DNA of 64,000 nt, taken from the NCBI GenBank assembly GCA_963716725.1, contig CAVQUB010000008.1, forward strand, positions 256,001-320,000, given 5' to 3'. Each line of letters begins with the position of its first letter. The stretch's first letter is position 1. The translations under genes and the position numbers were made by a program. The notes under the pieces were generated by a model, which did not search any database, had not been told where the DNA came from, and saw nothing but the letters and a program-made list of their open reading frames with translations. Below, one piece after another: positions 11,044-20,597 of the stretch. Source of the stretch: an uncultured delta proteobacterium (lineage in GTDB: Bacteria; Myxococcota_A; Polyangia; Polyangiales; Polyangiaceae).

Positions 11044-12639
11044 ATGTCCCCGGTCGGCTCTGCGCTGGACCTCACCGTGCTCGGCGAGATCGCCAGCGGC
11101 GGCATGGGCACCGTCGAGCTGGCGCGGCTGAGCGATCCAGATGGCGACCGTCTGGTCGCGGTCAAGCGCATGCACCCGGAGTACGCCCGCGATCCGGAGT
11201 TCGTCCGGATGTTTCGCGACGAGATCTGGCTGACGGGCTCGCTCAACCACCCGAACGTCGTCGGCCTGGTCGGCTGGGGCGAGGACGAAGCCGGGCCCTA
11301 CTTGGTCATGGAGTACCTCGACGGCGTCGCGCTCGCGCGGATTGCCTTGCTCGGCCTCCGCGCTGGGGAACCGATCCCCATCGAACTCACCGCACACGTG
11401 ATCGCGCGCTGCGCCGAGGGCTTGCATGCGGCGCACTCGCTGACCGACGACGCGGGGCGCGCCCTGGACATCGTCCATCGCGACGTCACGCCGAGCAACA
11501 TCTTGATCGGATTCGACGGGAGCGTGAAGGTCACCGACTTTGGCATCGCCAAAGCCACTGGCAAGAGTTCCCAGACGCGCACTGGGATCATCAAGGGCAA
11601 GATCGCCTACATGTCTCCGGAGTACGCGCTGAGGCGTGGCGTAGACGGGCGTGCGGATCTCTATTCGCTGGGCATCGTGATGTTCGAGCTGTGCTCCGGG
11701 GCGGTGCCTTTCGCCGCGAAGGGTGATCTCGAGCTGCTCAAGCTGGTCGCCTACGCCAGCACACCGAGCCTCGGCACGGTCGCGCCCGACGTGGACGCCG
11801 GCTACGCGCAGGTGGTCGATCGGCTGCTGGCAAAGAATCCGGAGGATCGCTTCGGTGACGGAGCGGAGCTCGCGGGGGCGCTCGACGCGTGGCTCTCGGC
11901 TCGGGGTCGAGCGCCGGCGGACCTCGAGGCCGAGCTCGTCGACTACGCCGGCCGCTACGCCGGTGCGACTCGGCAGCGACTCGCGCTGATGGTCGAGCAA
12001 GACGCGAACGCTGGGCCGGGCTCCGCGGATTCGCCGCCGCGTCCGCGCTTCGAGACTCGCACCCTGACTCTGTTTCGGCCCCGCGCGCGTGAGCGCGAGC
12101 CACGCGAGCAGCGCACTCGGCGGGACGACGAGCGTCCGCGTACCCGGCGCGTGGCAATGTCCGGCTACCCACCCCCGCCCTCGGAGTCCGCCTCCGCCGG
12201 CGTGCATGCCCCACCCGAACTCGCGGTCGATGTGGGGGCGCGTCTCTCGCAACCGCCGCCGCTGGTGAGCGCCACCAGCAAGCAGTCTTCGGCGGTCGTC
12301 GGAGGGGTCATCGCCGGCAGCTTGTTGGCGCTGCTCCTGGTGATCTTCTCGGTGCTCGCCTCCAGCCGCGACGTGCCGAAGGGCTCCGCGGTCAGCCCAC
12401 CCCCCGAACCGCCGACGACGGCTGGGTCCGGCGCCGAGCCAGCCATTGCCCCGCTCGAGTCACTGCCTGTCGAACCCGAGATGCCGCCCCCGGCCGTGGA
12501 CAGCGCGCCCCCACCGCCAAAACTGCCCCCGGCGACTGGCAAGGCGAAGCCAACCCCCGCTAGAGTTCCAAGACCTAGCCAAGGGACCCGACCCTGCACG
12601 CCCGACAGCTTCGACTACCCCGCCTGCCTCAAGCGCTGA
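11044..12639 (+). CDS. Membrane Ser/Thr protein kinase
   Basis: SGGMG, VAVK, HRDVTPSN, DFG and KGKIAYMSPE motifs, a TM helix, and a Pro-rich tail ending CTPDSFDYPACLKR. Confidence 0.92.
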   Translation: MSPVGSALDLTVLGEIASGGMGTVELARLSDPDGDRLVAVKRMHPEYARDPEFVRMFRDEIWLTGSLNHPNVVGLVGWGEDEAGPYLVMEYLDGVALARIALLGLRAGEPIPIELTAHVIARCAEGLHAAHSLTDDAGRALDIVHRDVTPSNILIGFDGSVKVTDFGIAKATGKSSQTRTGIIKGKIAYMSPEYALRRGVDGRADLYSLGIVMFELCSGAVPFAAKGDLELLKLVAYASTPSLGTVAPDVDAGYAQVVDRLLAKNPEDRFGDGAELAGALDAWLSARGRAPADLEAELVDYAGRYAGATRQRLALMVEQDANAGPGSADSPPRPRFETRTLTLFRPRAREREPREQRTRRDDERPRTRRVAMSGYPPPPSESASAGVHAPPELAVDVGARLSQPPPLVSATSKQSSAVVGGVIAGSLLALLLVIFSVLASSRDVPKGSAVSPPPEPPTTAGSGAEPAIAPLESLPVEPEMPPPAVDSAPPPPKLPPATGKAKPTPARVPRPSQGTRPCTPDSFDYPACLKR

Positions 12640-12665
12640 GCCGGATCTGGTGCGTCTGCGCGCTC

Positions 12666-13400
12666 TTGGTTCTTCACGCATGCCCGGCGAAGTCGGAGGA
12701 GATGTCATGCCCCATCGACACCGGCAATCCGCGCGAGATGGAAGACAAGGGGCGCACGCTCTTCGACGAAGCGCTGCGCCGGGAGGCCGCTGATCCCCGC
12801 GGTGCGCTCGAGCTGCTCTCGTGCGCGCAACGCATCGCGGACAAGCCCGCCGTGTCGCTGCGAGTCGGGCTGATAGCCGAGCGCCTCGGCAACAAACGGT
12901 TGGCGGCCGAGTCCTACGAACGCTACCTGGCCCTGGCCGGCGACGCCGCGCCCGACCGAGTCGCGCTCGGTGGACACATAGAAAAACTCCGGAGCGCTCT
13001 GGCTCAGGCTGCTCGGGTTCCGCGCGCAGATCCCGCGCCGACTCCGGCCCCCGAGCCGCCGGCGCCCGAGCGCAGATCGTCCCCAACTCTGGGCTACATC
13101 AGCGTGGCCGTCGGAAGCGTGCTGATGATCGGGGGCGCGGTCTTCGTCGCCTCGGCCAAGTCCAAGAGCGACGACGTGCACGCCATCGAACCGGGAACGA
13201 CCTTCTGGAACACGACCGAAGCGCGTGGCGAGTTCGACGCGGCGAAGCGGCAGCAGACACTTGGGATCGTAACGGTCGCCACTGGAGCCGTCGTCACGGG
13301 CCTTGGCGTGTGGCTCCTGCTCGACGACAAGCGTGGTGTGTCGGCGACGGCGCGCGTGGGTCCAAAGTCGTCCGCCGCCGCGCTTCGGGTGCGCTTTTAG
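12666..13400 (+). CDS. Hypothetical TPR-like exported/membrane protein (start possibly the CTG at 12636)
   Basis: TPR-like segment (AAESYERYLAL), Pro linker, two hydrophobic segments and a terminal aromatic residue (LRVRF). Confidence 0.7.
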   Translation: MVLHACPAKSEEMSCPIDTGNPREMEDKGRTLFDEALRREAADPRGALELLSCAQRIADKPAVSLRVGLIAERLGNKRLAAESYERYLALAGDAAPDRVALGGHIEKLRSALAQAARVPRADPAPTPAPEPPAPERRSSPTLGYISVAVGSVLMIGGAVFVASAKSKSDDVHAIEPGTTFWNTTEARGEFDAAKRQQTLGIVTVATGAVVTGLGVWLLLDDKRGVSATARVGPKSSAAALRVRF

Positions 13401-13401
13401 C

Positions 13402-14322
13402 GTGGCCAACCTGCTCCTGGTGGTGGTGTGCCTGCTCGCGGGCGCGTTGATGCGTAGGAGCGGACGTTTGCCAGATGCGTCGCCGGTGGTTGCCACCCGC
13501 ATCGTGATCGATTTGGCGTTGCCCGCCCTCACGCTCGTCAGCGTGCACGAGCTCACGCTGGTCCCGAATCAATGGACCAATCTCGGAATTGCTTTTGGAA
13601 CACCCTTCGTCGCCTTTGCCGTCGCGGCCCTCGCCTTGGGGGCTTTTGCGCGGGTCTTCGGCTGGACCCGTCAAGTCACCGCCTGCCTCTTGCTCACGGC
13701 GGGCCTCGCCAATACCTCGTTTGTCGGTTTCCCATTGGTGGAGGCCCTGTGGGGGCGTGAGGGTCTGGCGCTGGCGGTGTGGGTCGATCAAGGACAGTTC
13801 TTCGTGCTCTCGACCTTCGGCGCCATCACGGCCAGCGTCGGCGTTGGTCGTGGCAGTCCGCGCTGGGGCGAGCTGGCGCGCCGGGTCGTCGCCTTTCCGC
13901 CCTTCTTCGCGTTTGTGCTGGCGGTAGCGCTCTGGCCGGTGACATTCCCGGCGGTCGTGGTCGGCTCGCTCGAGAAGCTTGCCGCGCTCGTGGTGCCCCT
14001 CGCGCTGTTCGCTGTCGGCTGGCAGCTGCGCCTCGATCCAAGAGTGCTTGGTGAGCACGCGCGCCCCCTCGTGATCGGACTTGGTGTGCGCCTCGCGCTC
14101 GTGCCGCTGATCGTCTACCTCATCGTGCAGCGCGCGCTGGGTTCAACCGGGCTCGCGGGCGACGTCGCGGTGGCGGAGGCCGCGATGGCGCCGATGATCA
14201 CCGGCGCCTTGCTGGCGATGGAGCACGAGCTGTCGCCGCGCCTAGCCACCGCCATGGTGGGGATCGGCGTCCCGCTCTCGCTGGTCACCGTGCCGCTCTG
14301 GGCGTGGTTGCTCAGGGGTTGA
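13402..14322 (+). CDS. AEC (auxin efflux carrier / Mem_trans) family transporter
   Basis: About 10 TM helices with motifs ALPAL, NTSFVGFP, PLALFAVG and EAAMAP. GTG start 1 bp after the upstream stop. Confidence 0.85.
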   Translation: MANLLLVVVCLLAGALMRRSGRLPDASPVVATRIVIDLALPALTLVSVHELTLVPNQWTNLGIAFGTPFVAFAVAALALGAFARVFGWTRQVTACLLLTAGLANTSFVGFPLVEALWGREGLALAVWVDQGQFFVLSTFGAITASVGVGRGSPRWGELARRVVAFPPFFAFVLAVALWPVTFPAVVVGSLEKLAALVVPLALFAVGWQLRLDPRVLGEHARPLVIGLGVRLALVPLIVYLIVQRALGSTGLAGDVAVAEAAMAPMITGALLAMEHELSPRLATAMVGIGVPLSLVTVPLWAWLLRG

Positions 14323-15244
14323 CCACGAAGCGCCGCTCGCCATTCTCGAAGAACGCTACGATCTGCCGGGCCGCGGCCAAGCCAGCGTTCACGTTGGCTT
14401 CACCCGTCTGGGCTCCGAGTTTGACCGGCGTCAGGTAGACCCGCGTTGGGTACTTCTCTTTGATGATCGCCAAGGTCTCGGCAGAGGGAGCGATGTCGCT
14501 CACGTAGCGGAAGTCCTCGCGCTGCTCGAGCACCGCCAGCAATTCAGCTTCGTTGATCACCTCTTTGCGCGCCGTGTTGATCAGGGTCGCGCCCTTCGGC
14601 ATGCGCATCAGGCGGTCTTTGCCAATGGACCCTCTGGTCTCGGCGGTCGCCGGGATGTGCAGCGACACGTAGCGCGCCTGCTCGTAGAGGGCGTCGACCG
14701 ACGCGGCAGGCTCCACGCCCAGGGCCGTCATCGCGTCGGCACCAACGAAGGGATCGAAGGCGATCACGTTCATGCCGAAGCCCTTGGCGATGCCCGCGAC
14801 CGCGCGCCCCACCGCGCCGAAGGCGTGCAGGCCCAGGGTCTTGCCCTTGAGCTCCGAGCCGGTCGTGCCATCGAGGAAGTTCCTCGCGCTCATCACCATC
14901 ATCGCGGCCACCAGTTCGGCGACGGCGTTGGCGTTCTGGCCGGGCGTGTTCATCACGGCGACGCCGCGCTCCTTGGCGGTCTTGATGTCCACGTTGTCGT
15001 AGCCAGCTCCGGCGCGCACGACCAGCGCGAGCTTCCCGGCAGCAGCCAGGACCTCGGCATCGATCCCGTCGCTGCGAATGATCAGCGCGTCCGCGCTCGC
15101 CGCGGCCTCGACCAGCGGGCCTTTGCCGCTGTACTTCTCCAAGGCGACCGCGTCGTAACCGGCCTCCTTCAAGATGGCCAGGATCTGATCGCGGGCCGCA
15201 GCCGAAAACGGCTTCTCAGTGGCGAGGACAACACGCTTTTGCAC
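14312..15244 (-). CDS. serA: D-3-phosphoglycerate dehydrogenase-like D-2-hydroxyacid dehydrogenase (no ACT domain)
   Basis: RAGAGYDNVD, MNTPGQNANAVAEL, Rossmann fold (GLHAFGAVG), LINTAR and GAQTGEA. Confidence 0.8.
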   Translation of the reverse strand: MQKRVVLATEKPFSAAARDQILAILKEAGYDAVALEKYSGKGPLVEAAASADALIIRSDGIDAEVLAAAGKLALVVRAGAGYDNVDIKTAKERGVAVMNTPGQNANAVAELVAAMMVMSARNFLDGTTGSELKGKTLGLHAFGAVGRAVAGIAKGFGMNVIAFDPFVGADAMTALGVEPAASVDALYEQARYVSLHIPATAETRGSIGKDRLMRMPKGATLINTARKEVINEAELLAVLEQREDFRYVSDIAPSAETLAIIKEKYPTRVYLTPVKLGAQTGEANVNAGLAAARQIVAFFENGERRFVVNP

Positions 15245-15308
15245 GGGGACTCCTTCTCGAGGTGGCGCTCTCGTAGCGCGGGCCTCACGCGCCCGCAACC
15301 GGTCCCCG

Positions 15309-15872
15309 TCAGCCCCACTCGCAGAGGTACTCGCAGAGCCCGTCGCCGCGTGCGCGGCACTTGGTGTGGGTCACGCGAGGATTGCGTCCGCCGCACATCT
15401 CGATGGCCTTCTCGTGCCAGCCGATCACCGTGAGGCAGTCCCAAGGCGAGAAGGTCTTGCTCTGGAGCGTGCGCAGGACGGCCTTGCGGCCACCGGAGGC
15501 GTGATAGGTGCGCGAGCCGGTGTCGTAATAGAGCCGATAGATGGCGGACGCGCTCCGCAGCAGACCGTGCGGGTCGCGTCCCTCGACGAAGAGCTTCTGC
15601 GTATCGCCCAGGTTGAACTCCGCCGAGCGGGCCCCCATCAGCTTGAAGGTCGCCTCCCCGCCGCCGAGCTCCGCGGCGATGGCGACGTCGAGTCGTTCTC
15701 CCGCCTCGAAGGGGTACCAGACGTTCGAGACCACGGTGCCGCCGAACAGCTGCTGGTCTTCGGCGGTCAAGGTCCGGAGGACACGCTGCACGGCCTCGTC
15801 GCCCTTCTCCTTCCGCACGAACGCGAGCCGCGAGAGGATCACGCTGCCGCGAGTGGATCCGGTCTTGGTCAC
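15309..15872 (-). CDS. TIGR02265-like / V4R-domain protein
   Basis: TRGSVILSRLAFVR...WYPF...YYDTG and a V4R-like Cys tail (CRARGDGLCEYLCEW). Confidence 0.65.
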   Translation of the reverse strand: MTKTGSTRGSVILSRLAFVRKEKGDEAVQRVLRTLTAEDQQLFGGTVVSNVWYPFEAGERLDVAIAAELGGGEATFKLMGARSAEFNLGDTQKLFVEGRDPHGLLRSASAIYRLYYDTGSRTYHASGGRKAVLRTLQSKTFSPWDCLTVIGWHEKAIEMCGGRNPRVTHTKCRARGDGLCEYLCEWG

Positions 15873-15916
15873 GAGGGCCCCATGATATCCGCCGTGCGGT
15901 TCCAAGTCCTGGGTTT

Positions 15917-16459
15917 TCAGGCTTCGACCAGGCTCGAGCGCGCGATCTCGCCCGAGAGCGTGTCCGTGCCAAGGCTGACGTACAGGTGCGCATCGGTACG
16001 AGTGAGCTCGAAGCTCAGGTTCCGTTCGAGCTTCAGCTCGAACGCGTCGACCAGCCCAGGGTCGACGGCGTACACCTCGATGGCGGCCGCCCGGTGAATG
16101 GCCCCGGCTTCTCGTCGGAGCGGCGTCGAATCCGCGGTCGTGAACAGAGCTACTCTCGGCGCAGCCTTGGAGGCCTTGTGGAGCCGCTCGGCGGAGGGCG
16201 AGCCCACGTCGATCCAAGCCTTCAACAGCCCGGTGGGATCGTGGATGGACACCGGCGCCTCTTCGGTGGACGAGATGCCGCCCTTGCTGAAGGCGATGCC
16301 TTCTTCATAGGAGAGGCAGTAGGCCAGCATTCGCGTGAGCAGATAGCGAGCGCTCTCCGAGGGGTGTCGGGCCAATCGCAGGTCGAGCGACTCGTACACG
16401 CCGCGGTCGACGTCCGAAACGTTCACCTGCCAGCGGTAGATGGTGGCGGAGAGCGCCAT
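15917..16459 (-). CDS. yaeQ: YaeQ family protein
   Basis: MALSATIY...SDVDRGVY...ARHPSE...FSKGGISSTEE...WIDVGSPSAERLHKASK signature. Confidence 0.88.
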   Translation of the reverse strand: MALSATIYRWQVNVSDVDRGVYESLDLRLARHPSESARYLLTRMLAYCLSYEEGIAFSKGGISSTEEAPVSIHDPTGLLKAWIDVGSPSAERLHKASKAAPRVALFTTADSTPLRREAGAIHRAAAIEVYAVDPGLVDAFELKLERNLSFELTRTDAHLYVSLGTDTLSGEIARSSLVEA

Positions 16460-16651
16460 GGTCAGCGCGACCAACCAGAGTCCCGAGCGCCGTCAGCGAC
16501 TGACCCAAGACGTCGCGTGAGGGTGCGGGAATGAGATGCCCGGGCTGAGACTTCGTCCTTCGGGTCTCGTTTTTCTTGCGACGAGCGTCCGCGCTGGGGC
16601 TCAACGCAGTAGCACCGGCGACTGAATGCTTGGGCTGAGCTCGAGGACCAA

Positions 16652-17002
16652 ATGACTTTTCGACACCTCATTCCGCTGTATTTCTCCCTGGCCGCGAGCG
16701 CGCTCGGCGCTTGTCTGCCCACGGTGACAGCCAGTCCCGAGGGGCGGCAAGTGAAATTGATGAAGGCCGATCCGCCCGCTGCCTGCGAAGAACTAGGAGA
16801 CGTGGAGGGCTCCGACTCCGCGTTCACGGAGTCGGGCGTGAACCACGAATCCGCCAAGGCGCGCCTGAAGAACGCGGCCGCAAGCAAGGGAGCAAACTAC
16901 GTGCGGATGGAAACCGCCGAGAAATCCGGCGCGACACTGCGCTTGCATGGAACTGCCTACCGCTGCCCGTCATCGCTGAGGTCCGCCGAACCGACGCAAT
17001 GA
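16652..17002 (+). CDS. DUF4156-like small lipoprotein
   Basis: Lipobox LGAC, then CEELGDVEG...LKNAAASKGANYV...GTAYRC. GAGGA RBS upstream. Confidence 0.75.
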   Translation: MTFRHLIPLYFSLAASALGACLPTVTASPEGRQVKLMKADPPAACEELGDVEGSDSAFTESGVNHESAKARLKNAAASKGANYVRMETAEKSGATLRLHGTAYRCPSSLRSAEPTQ

Positions 17003-17014
17003 CGCCAAGCTCGG

Positions 17015-17084
17015 CGGTGGTCGCAGCCCGTTGCACGCGGGGAACTGACCGCGACGCGGCCGGAACGGTGGTCGCAGCCCGTTG
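17015..17084. repeat. Two exact 19-bp direct repeats CGGTGGTCGCAGCCCGTTG with a 32-bp spacer
   Basis: Copies at 17015-17033 and 17066-17084, in intergenic DNA. Confidence 0.85.
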
Positions 17085-17210
17085 TCGTCTGCCTCCCGAC
17101 CTGCAAGTAGCCCGCCCACTCGCCGCGCTGGGCCACAACACCGGGCCTCCGCCTCGAATATTCCCCCGAAGGCCCTTCCGTCCGGCGTCACTTGCGCGAC
17201 AATCCGGGTC

Positions 17211-18038
17211 GTGTACCTGATCGCGCTGACTCGCTGGGGTCCAGCTGGAACGCCTCCCCCGCACCCGAGCACCGAGCTGCTCGCCGCCGAGGTGAGCGCC
17301 CTCACGCCCTTGCTGGGCATGGGCGTTTACGAGTTGCGCCTCGCGCTCTCGGGACCCCTGCCCCTGGTGCTGCTCGAGACCGAAGACGCCGAGCGCGCGC
17401 GCACGCTCTTGGCGTCGCTGCGAGGGCGGGGGCACGGCGCCGTGGCCTGTGACGCGGCGAGCGTCAGCTCGTCTGCGGACATGCTGCGCCCGAAGAGTTT
17501 CGTCTTCGAACCCGGTGCCATCGCCTTCGAAACCCCCGGCGCCGCGCTGGTGCGCGTGGGCCCAGCGGAAGTCCTGGCGCTCGTCGTGGCCACCCACGCC
17601 CGGGAGGAAGACAGCGATCGGGAGGTCCGCGAGAAGAAGCTCAGCCTGGGCCGCGCCGCCATGACCGGCGGCCTCGTCCGATCGAAGACCAGGACCGTCA
17701 CCGAGCGCGGCTCGACGCGGGAGTCGGAGCGGGTTCTGTATCTGTTGAAACGCTCGGGATCCGGGCACGTCTTGCTGCGCGAGACACGACTGCACTACTC
17801 GGGCCTCGGGCCGCGCATGGGTCACAGCGCCATCGAGAGCTTCTCGACACTCCTCGCAGCGTTGCGCGAGCGGGCCCCGCAGGCTCTTCACGACGAGCGC
17901 CTGCTCAAGCAGCGGGCGAGCGGGTCGCTCCAGGTTTCGCGGACCAGCACCTCGCGGACCGTGACCACCAGCAACGAGGGGGAGGTCGACATCGCGGTTC
18001 ACCTCTTGGCGGTGGCGTTCTTGCAGTCGCAGATCTGA
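17211..18038 (+). CDS. Hypothetical protein
   Basis: GC3-biased frame from the GTG at 17211. No family recognised, start approximate. Confidence 0.6.
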   Translation: MYLIALTRWGPAGTPPPHPSTELLAAEVSALTPLLGMGVYELRLALSGPLPLVLLETEDAERARTLLASLRGRGHGAVACDAASVSSSADMLRPKSFVFEPGAIAFETPGAALVRVGPAEVLALVVATHAREEDSDREVREKKLSLGRAAMTGGLVRSKTRTVTERGSTRESERVLYLLKRSGSGHVLLRETRLHYSGLGPRMGHSAIESFSTLLAALRERAPQALHDERLLKQRASGSLQVSRTSTSRTVTTSNEGEVDIAVHLLAVAFLQSQI

Positions 18039-18062
18039 GCGGGCGCAGCGGCTCTGGTTTGG

Positions 18063-18079
18063 TGCACCAGATGGGTGCG
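18063..18079. promoter_or_regulatory. NtrC-like inverted repeat (candidate EBP binding site)
   Basis: TGCACCAGATGGGTGCG compared with the NtrC consensus TGCACC-N5-GGTGCA. It overlaps the palindrome TGGTGCACCA (18060-18069). Confidence 0.45.
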
Positions 18080-18118
18080 CAGTCGGCAAGACCAGGACAT
18101 TTCTCGGCGTTTTCTCCC

Positions 18119-18134
18119 CGGCACGCCCTTCGCA
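18119..18134 (+). promoter_or_regulatory. Sigma-54 (-24/-12) promoter candidate
   Basis: CGGCACGCCCTTCGCA has exact GG-N10-GC spacing and is followed by an AGGAGG RBS and the ATG at 18161. Confidence 0.65.
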
Positions 18135-18160
18135 ATGGGTGGTGCCAGGAGGAAACACAG

Positions 18161-19009
18161 ATGACATTCAGCATTCGATTCTGGGGCGTTCGAGGCAGCA
18201 TCGCGGCGCCGGGACCGGAGACCGCCGGCGTCGGAGGTAACACCAGCTGCGTCGAGGTGACCTGTGGCGATTCGCGCTTCATCCTCGATTCCGGCACCGG
18301 GATCCGCCCCCTGGGCGATGCCCTGATCAAGCAAGGCCCCGTGGACGCGACGCTGCTCTTGTCGCATCACCACTGGGATCACATCCAGGGGCTGCCCTTC
18401 TTCACGCCGATCTACCTTCCGACCACGAAGCTGACCGTGGTCGGTCCGCAGACGGATCGGCTCAGCAACATCGACGTGCTCGAACACCAGATGTCGAGCC
18501 CGGTGTTCCCAGTGCGTCTCGAGGAGCTGCCCTGCTCCCTCGACACCAAGGAAGTGATGGCAGGGGACGTGCTCGAGCTCGGCGGCGCGCGCATCCGCGT
18601 CTCCAAGGGCAACCACCCCGGCGGATCCCTCGCGTACCGCATCGAGTACGCAGGTCGGAGCGTGGTGTACGCGACCGACACCGAGCACTATTCGTGTGTC
18701 GATCCCGCGCTGCGCGATCTGGCGCTCGGAGCCGACGTGCTGATCTACGACTCGCAGTACACGCCCGCCGAGTACCGGGGCGAGCAGGGCCCGTCGAAGG
18801 TCGGTTGGGGGCACTCGACCTATGAGGATGGCGCCAAGCTCGCTCACGCGGCGGACGTGGGACAGTACGTCCTGTTCCACCACGACCCGCGCCGGACCGA
18901 CGCTGGCGTGGCGGAGCTCGAGCAGCGGGCCCAGAGCCTCTTCGCCGGGTCGGTGGCCGCCCGCGAGGGCTTGGTCCTCTCGCTGCCGGCGCGTGCGGTG
19001 GCCGCGTGA
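18161..19009 (+). CDS. Metallo-beta-lactamase-fold hydrolase (RNase Z / phosphodiesterase-like subgroup)
   Basis: FWGVRGS...GGNTSCVEV, DSGTG, SHHHWDH (HxHxDH), HPG, TDTE, GWGHS and FHHDP. Confidence 0.9.
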   Translation: MTFSIRFWGVRGSIAAPGPETAGVGGNTSCVEVTCGDSRFILDSGTGIRPLGDALIKQGPVDATLLLSHHHWDHIQGLPFFTPIYLPTTKLTVVGPQTDRLSNIDVLEHQMSSPVFPVRLEELPCSLDTKEVMAGDVLELGGARIRVSKGNHPGGSLAYRIEYAGRSVVYATDTEHYSCVDPALRDLALGADVLIYDSQYTPAEYRGEQGPSKVGWGHSTYEDGAKLAHAADVGQYVLFHHDPRRTDAGVAELEQRAQSLFAGSVAAREGLVLSLPARAVAA

Positions 19010-19080
19010 TCTCGCTGCCGGTGGGCCGCTGCGCCGGTGGCCGCCCGCCCTCGGGTATGCTTGCGGCCACCCCGCTCTCC

Positions 19081-20553
19081 ATGTCCCGGCTCTCACTGCT
19101 CATCGATCTCGCTGCTTTGCTCGGCCGTGAGGTGGATCTCGATTCGTTGCTCGCCACGGCCTGCGAGCGCATGGCCGAGTCGCTGCGCGCCGACCGCGCG
19201 AGCATCTGGCTCGTCGACGCCGAACGCGGCGACCTCGTCACTCGGGTGGCGCTCTTGCCCGAGGTGCCGGAGCTGCGCCAGCCGATGGGGCAGGGACTCG
19301 CCGGTCACGTCGCTCGCACCGGTGAGACCGTGCGCGTGGACGAGGCTGCCAGCGATCCTCGCTTCGATCCGAGCGCCGATCGCGCCACCGGCTACCGGAC
19401 TCAGAGCGTGCTCGTCGCGGCCATTCGCGAACACGGTGGCGCGCCGGTTCGCGGCGTGATCCAGCTGTTGAACCGCCAAGATGGCCCCTTTGACACCGAG
19501 GACGAACGTTACCTCGAAGCGCTCGCGCAGCAGCTCGCGCGGGCGCTGGCACTGACCACTCTCCGTGCCCCCGACGAGTCCGGTCCGGGACTCATGTTGC
19601 GCGGGCCCTTCAATCGGATCGTCGGCCGCAGCGCCGCCATGCGTAAGGTCTATCAGCGCGTGGGCTTGGCGGCCGGGACCGACGCGACGGTGCTCTTGCG
19701 CGGCGAGACGGGCACCGGCAAGGGCCTGTTCGCGCGGGCGATCCACGTGAACTCGCCGCGGCAGGGTGGTCCCTTCGTGACCGTCGACTGCACCACGCTG
19801 CCGGCGCAGCTGGTGGAGAGCGAGCTGTTTGGCCACGAACGCGGTGCCTTCACCGGAGCCGAGCGGCGCGTGCGCGGCAAGGTCGAGCTGGCCCACGAAG
19901 GCACGCTCTTCCTCGACGAAATCGGCGAGTTGCCCCCGGAGATGCAGGGCAAGCTGCTGCGCTTCTTGCAAGAGCGCAGCTACGAGCGCGTGGGCGGGCG
20001 CGAGACTCTGCACGCTGATGTGCGAGTGGTGTGCGCGACCCATCGTGATCTCGAGAAGCTCGTCGCCTCGGGGAAGTTCCGCGAAGACCTCTTCTTCAGA
20101 GTGAAGGTGGTGGTCATCGACGTTCCGCCGCTCCGCGACCGCGGATCCGACGAGGTCGAGATCCTGGCCCGCCACTTTGCCGAGATGTACGCCGCCCGCT
20201 ACGACCGCCCGCTACCGGTCTTCGAGCTCGCCGCGCTCGCCGTGCTCCGGCGCCATCGTTGGGCCGGCAACGTCCGCGAGCTCGAGCACTGGGTCGAGAG
20301 CGCGGTCGTGCTGTCGCCCGACGGACGCATCGCGGACGAGCTCTGGCCAAGGTCCGAGCGGGGAGGCGAGCTGCTCACCCGAAGCGACACTTCGGGCGCT
20401 GGCGGCGTGCTGATCCCGGCTGGCCTGACCCTGGACGCCGCGCTCGAGCGCTACATTCGCGCGACGGTGGACGCCTGCGGTGGCAACAAGACAGAAGCCG
20501 CGAAACGGCTGGGCGTCGGCCGCAATACGGTCGGGCGTGCGCTGAAGAAGTGA
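19081..20553 (+). CDS. GAF-domain sigma-54 enhancer-binding protein
   Basis: GAF ([11 protein letters not shown]...DPRF...D..TGYRT.S...QLLNR..GPF..ED), [28 protein letters not shown] and an HTH ([12 protein letters not shown]). Confidence 0.93.
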   Translation: MSRLSLLIDLAALLGREVDLDSLLATACERMAESLRADRASIWLVDAERGDLVTRVALLPEVPELRQPMGQGLAGHVARTGETVRVDEAASDPRFDPSADRATGYRTQSVLVAAIREHGGAPVRGVIQLLNRQDGPFDTEDERYLEALAQQLARALALTTLRAPDESGPGLMLRGPFNRIVGRSAAMRKVYQRVGLAAGTDATVLLRGETGTGKGLFARAIHVNSPRQGGPFVTVDCTTLPAQLVESELFGHERGAFTGAERRVRGKVELAHEGTLFLDEIGELPPEMQGKLLRFLQERSYERVGGRETLHADVRVVCATHRDLEKLVASGKFREDLFFRVKVVVIDVPPLRDRGSDEVEILARHFAEMYAARYDRPLPVFELAALAVLRRHRWAGNVRELEHWVESAVVLSPDGRIADELWPRSERGGELLTRSDTSGAGGVLIPAGLTLDAALERYIRATVDACGGNKTEAAKRLGVGRNTVGRALKK

Positions 20554-20597
20554 GGGTAGGCTTTGACCTCGAGCCCCGTGTTGGCGACCATGGCGCG

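Noticed and set aside
16519..16610. GGGTGC...GGCTGAGA resembling the 5' half of a TPP riboswitch
   Set aside because: The downstream ACCTGA and P4/P5 core is missing and the flanking genes are unrelated to thiamine. The GAGAC...GTCTC hairpin plus T-run may be only a weak terminator-like structure. An Infernal RF00059 search would settle it.
17015..17084. Mini CRISPR array
   Set aside because: Only two 19-bp units, no clear internal palindrome, no leader and no cas genes in the window. Kept only as a direct repeat.
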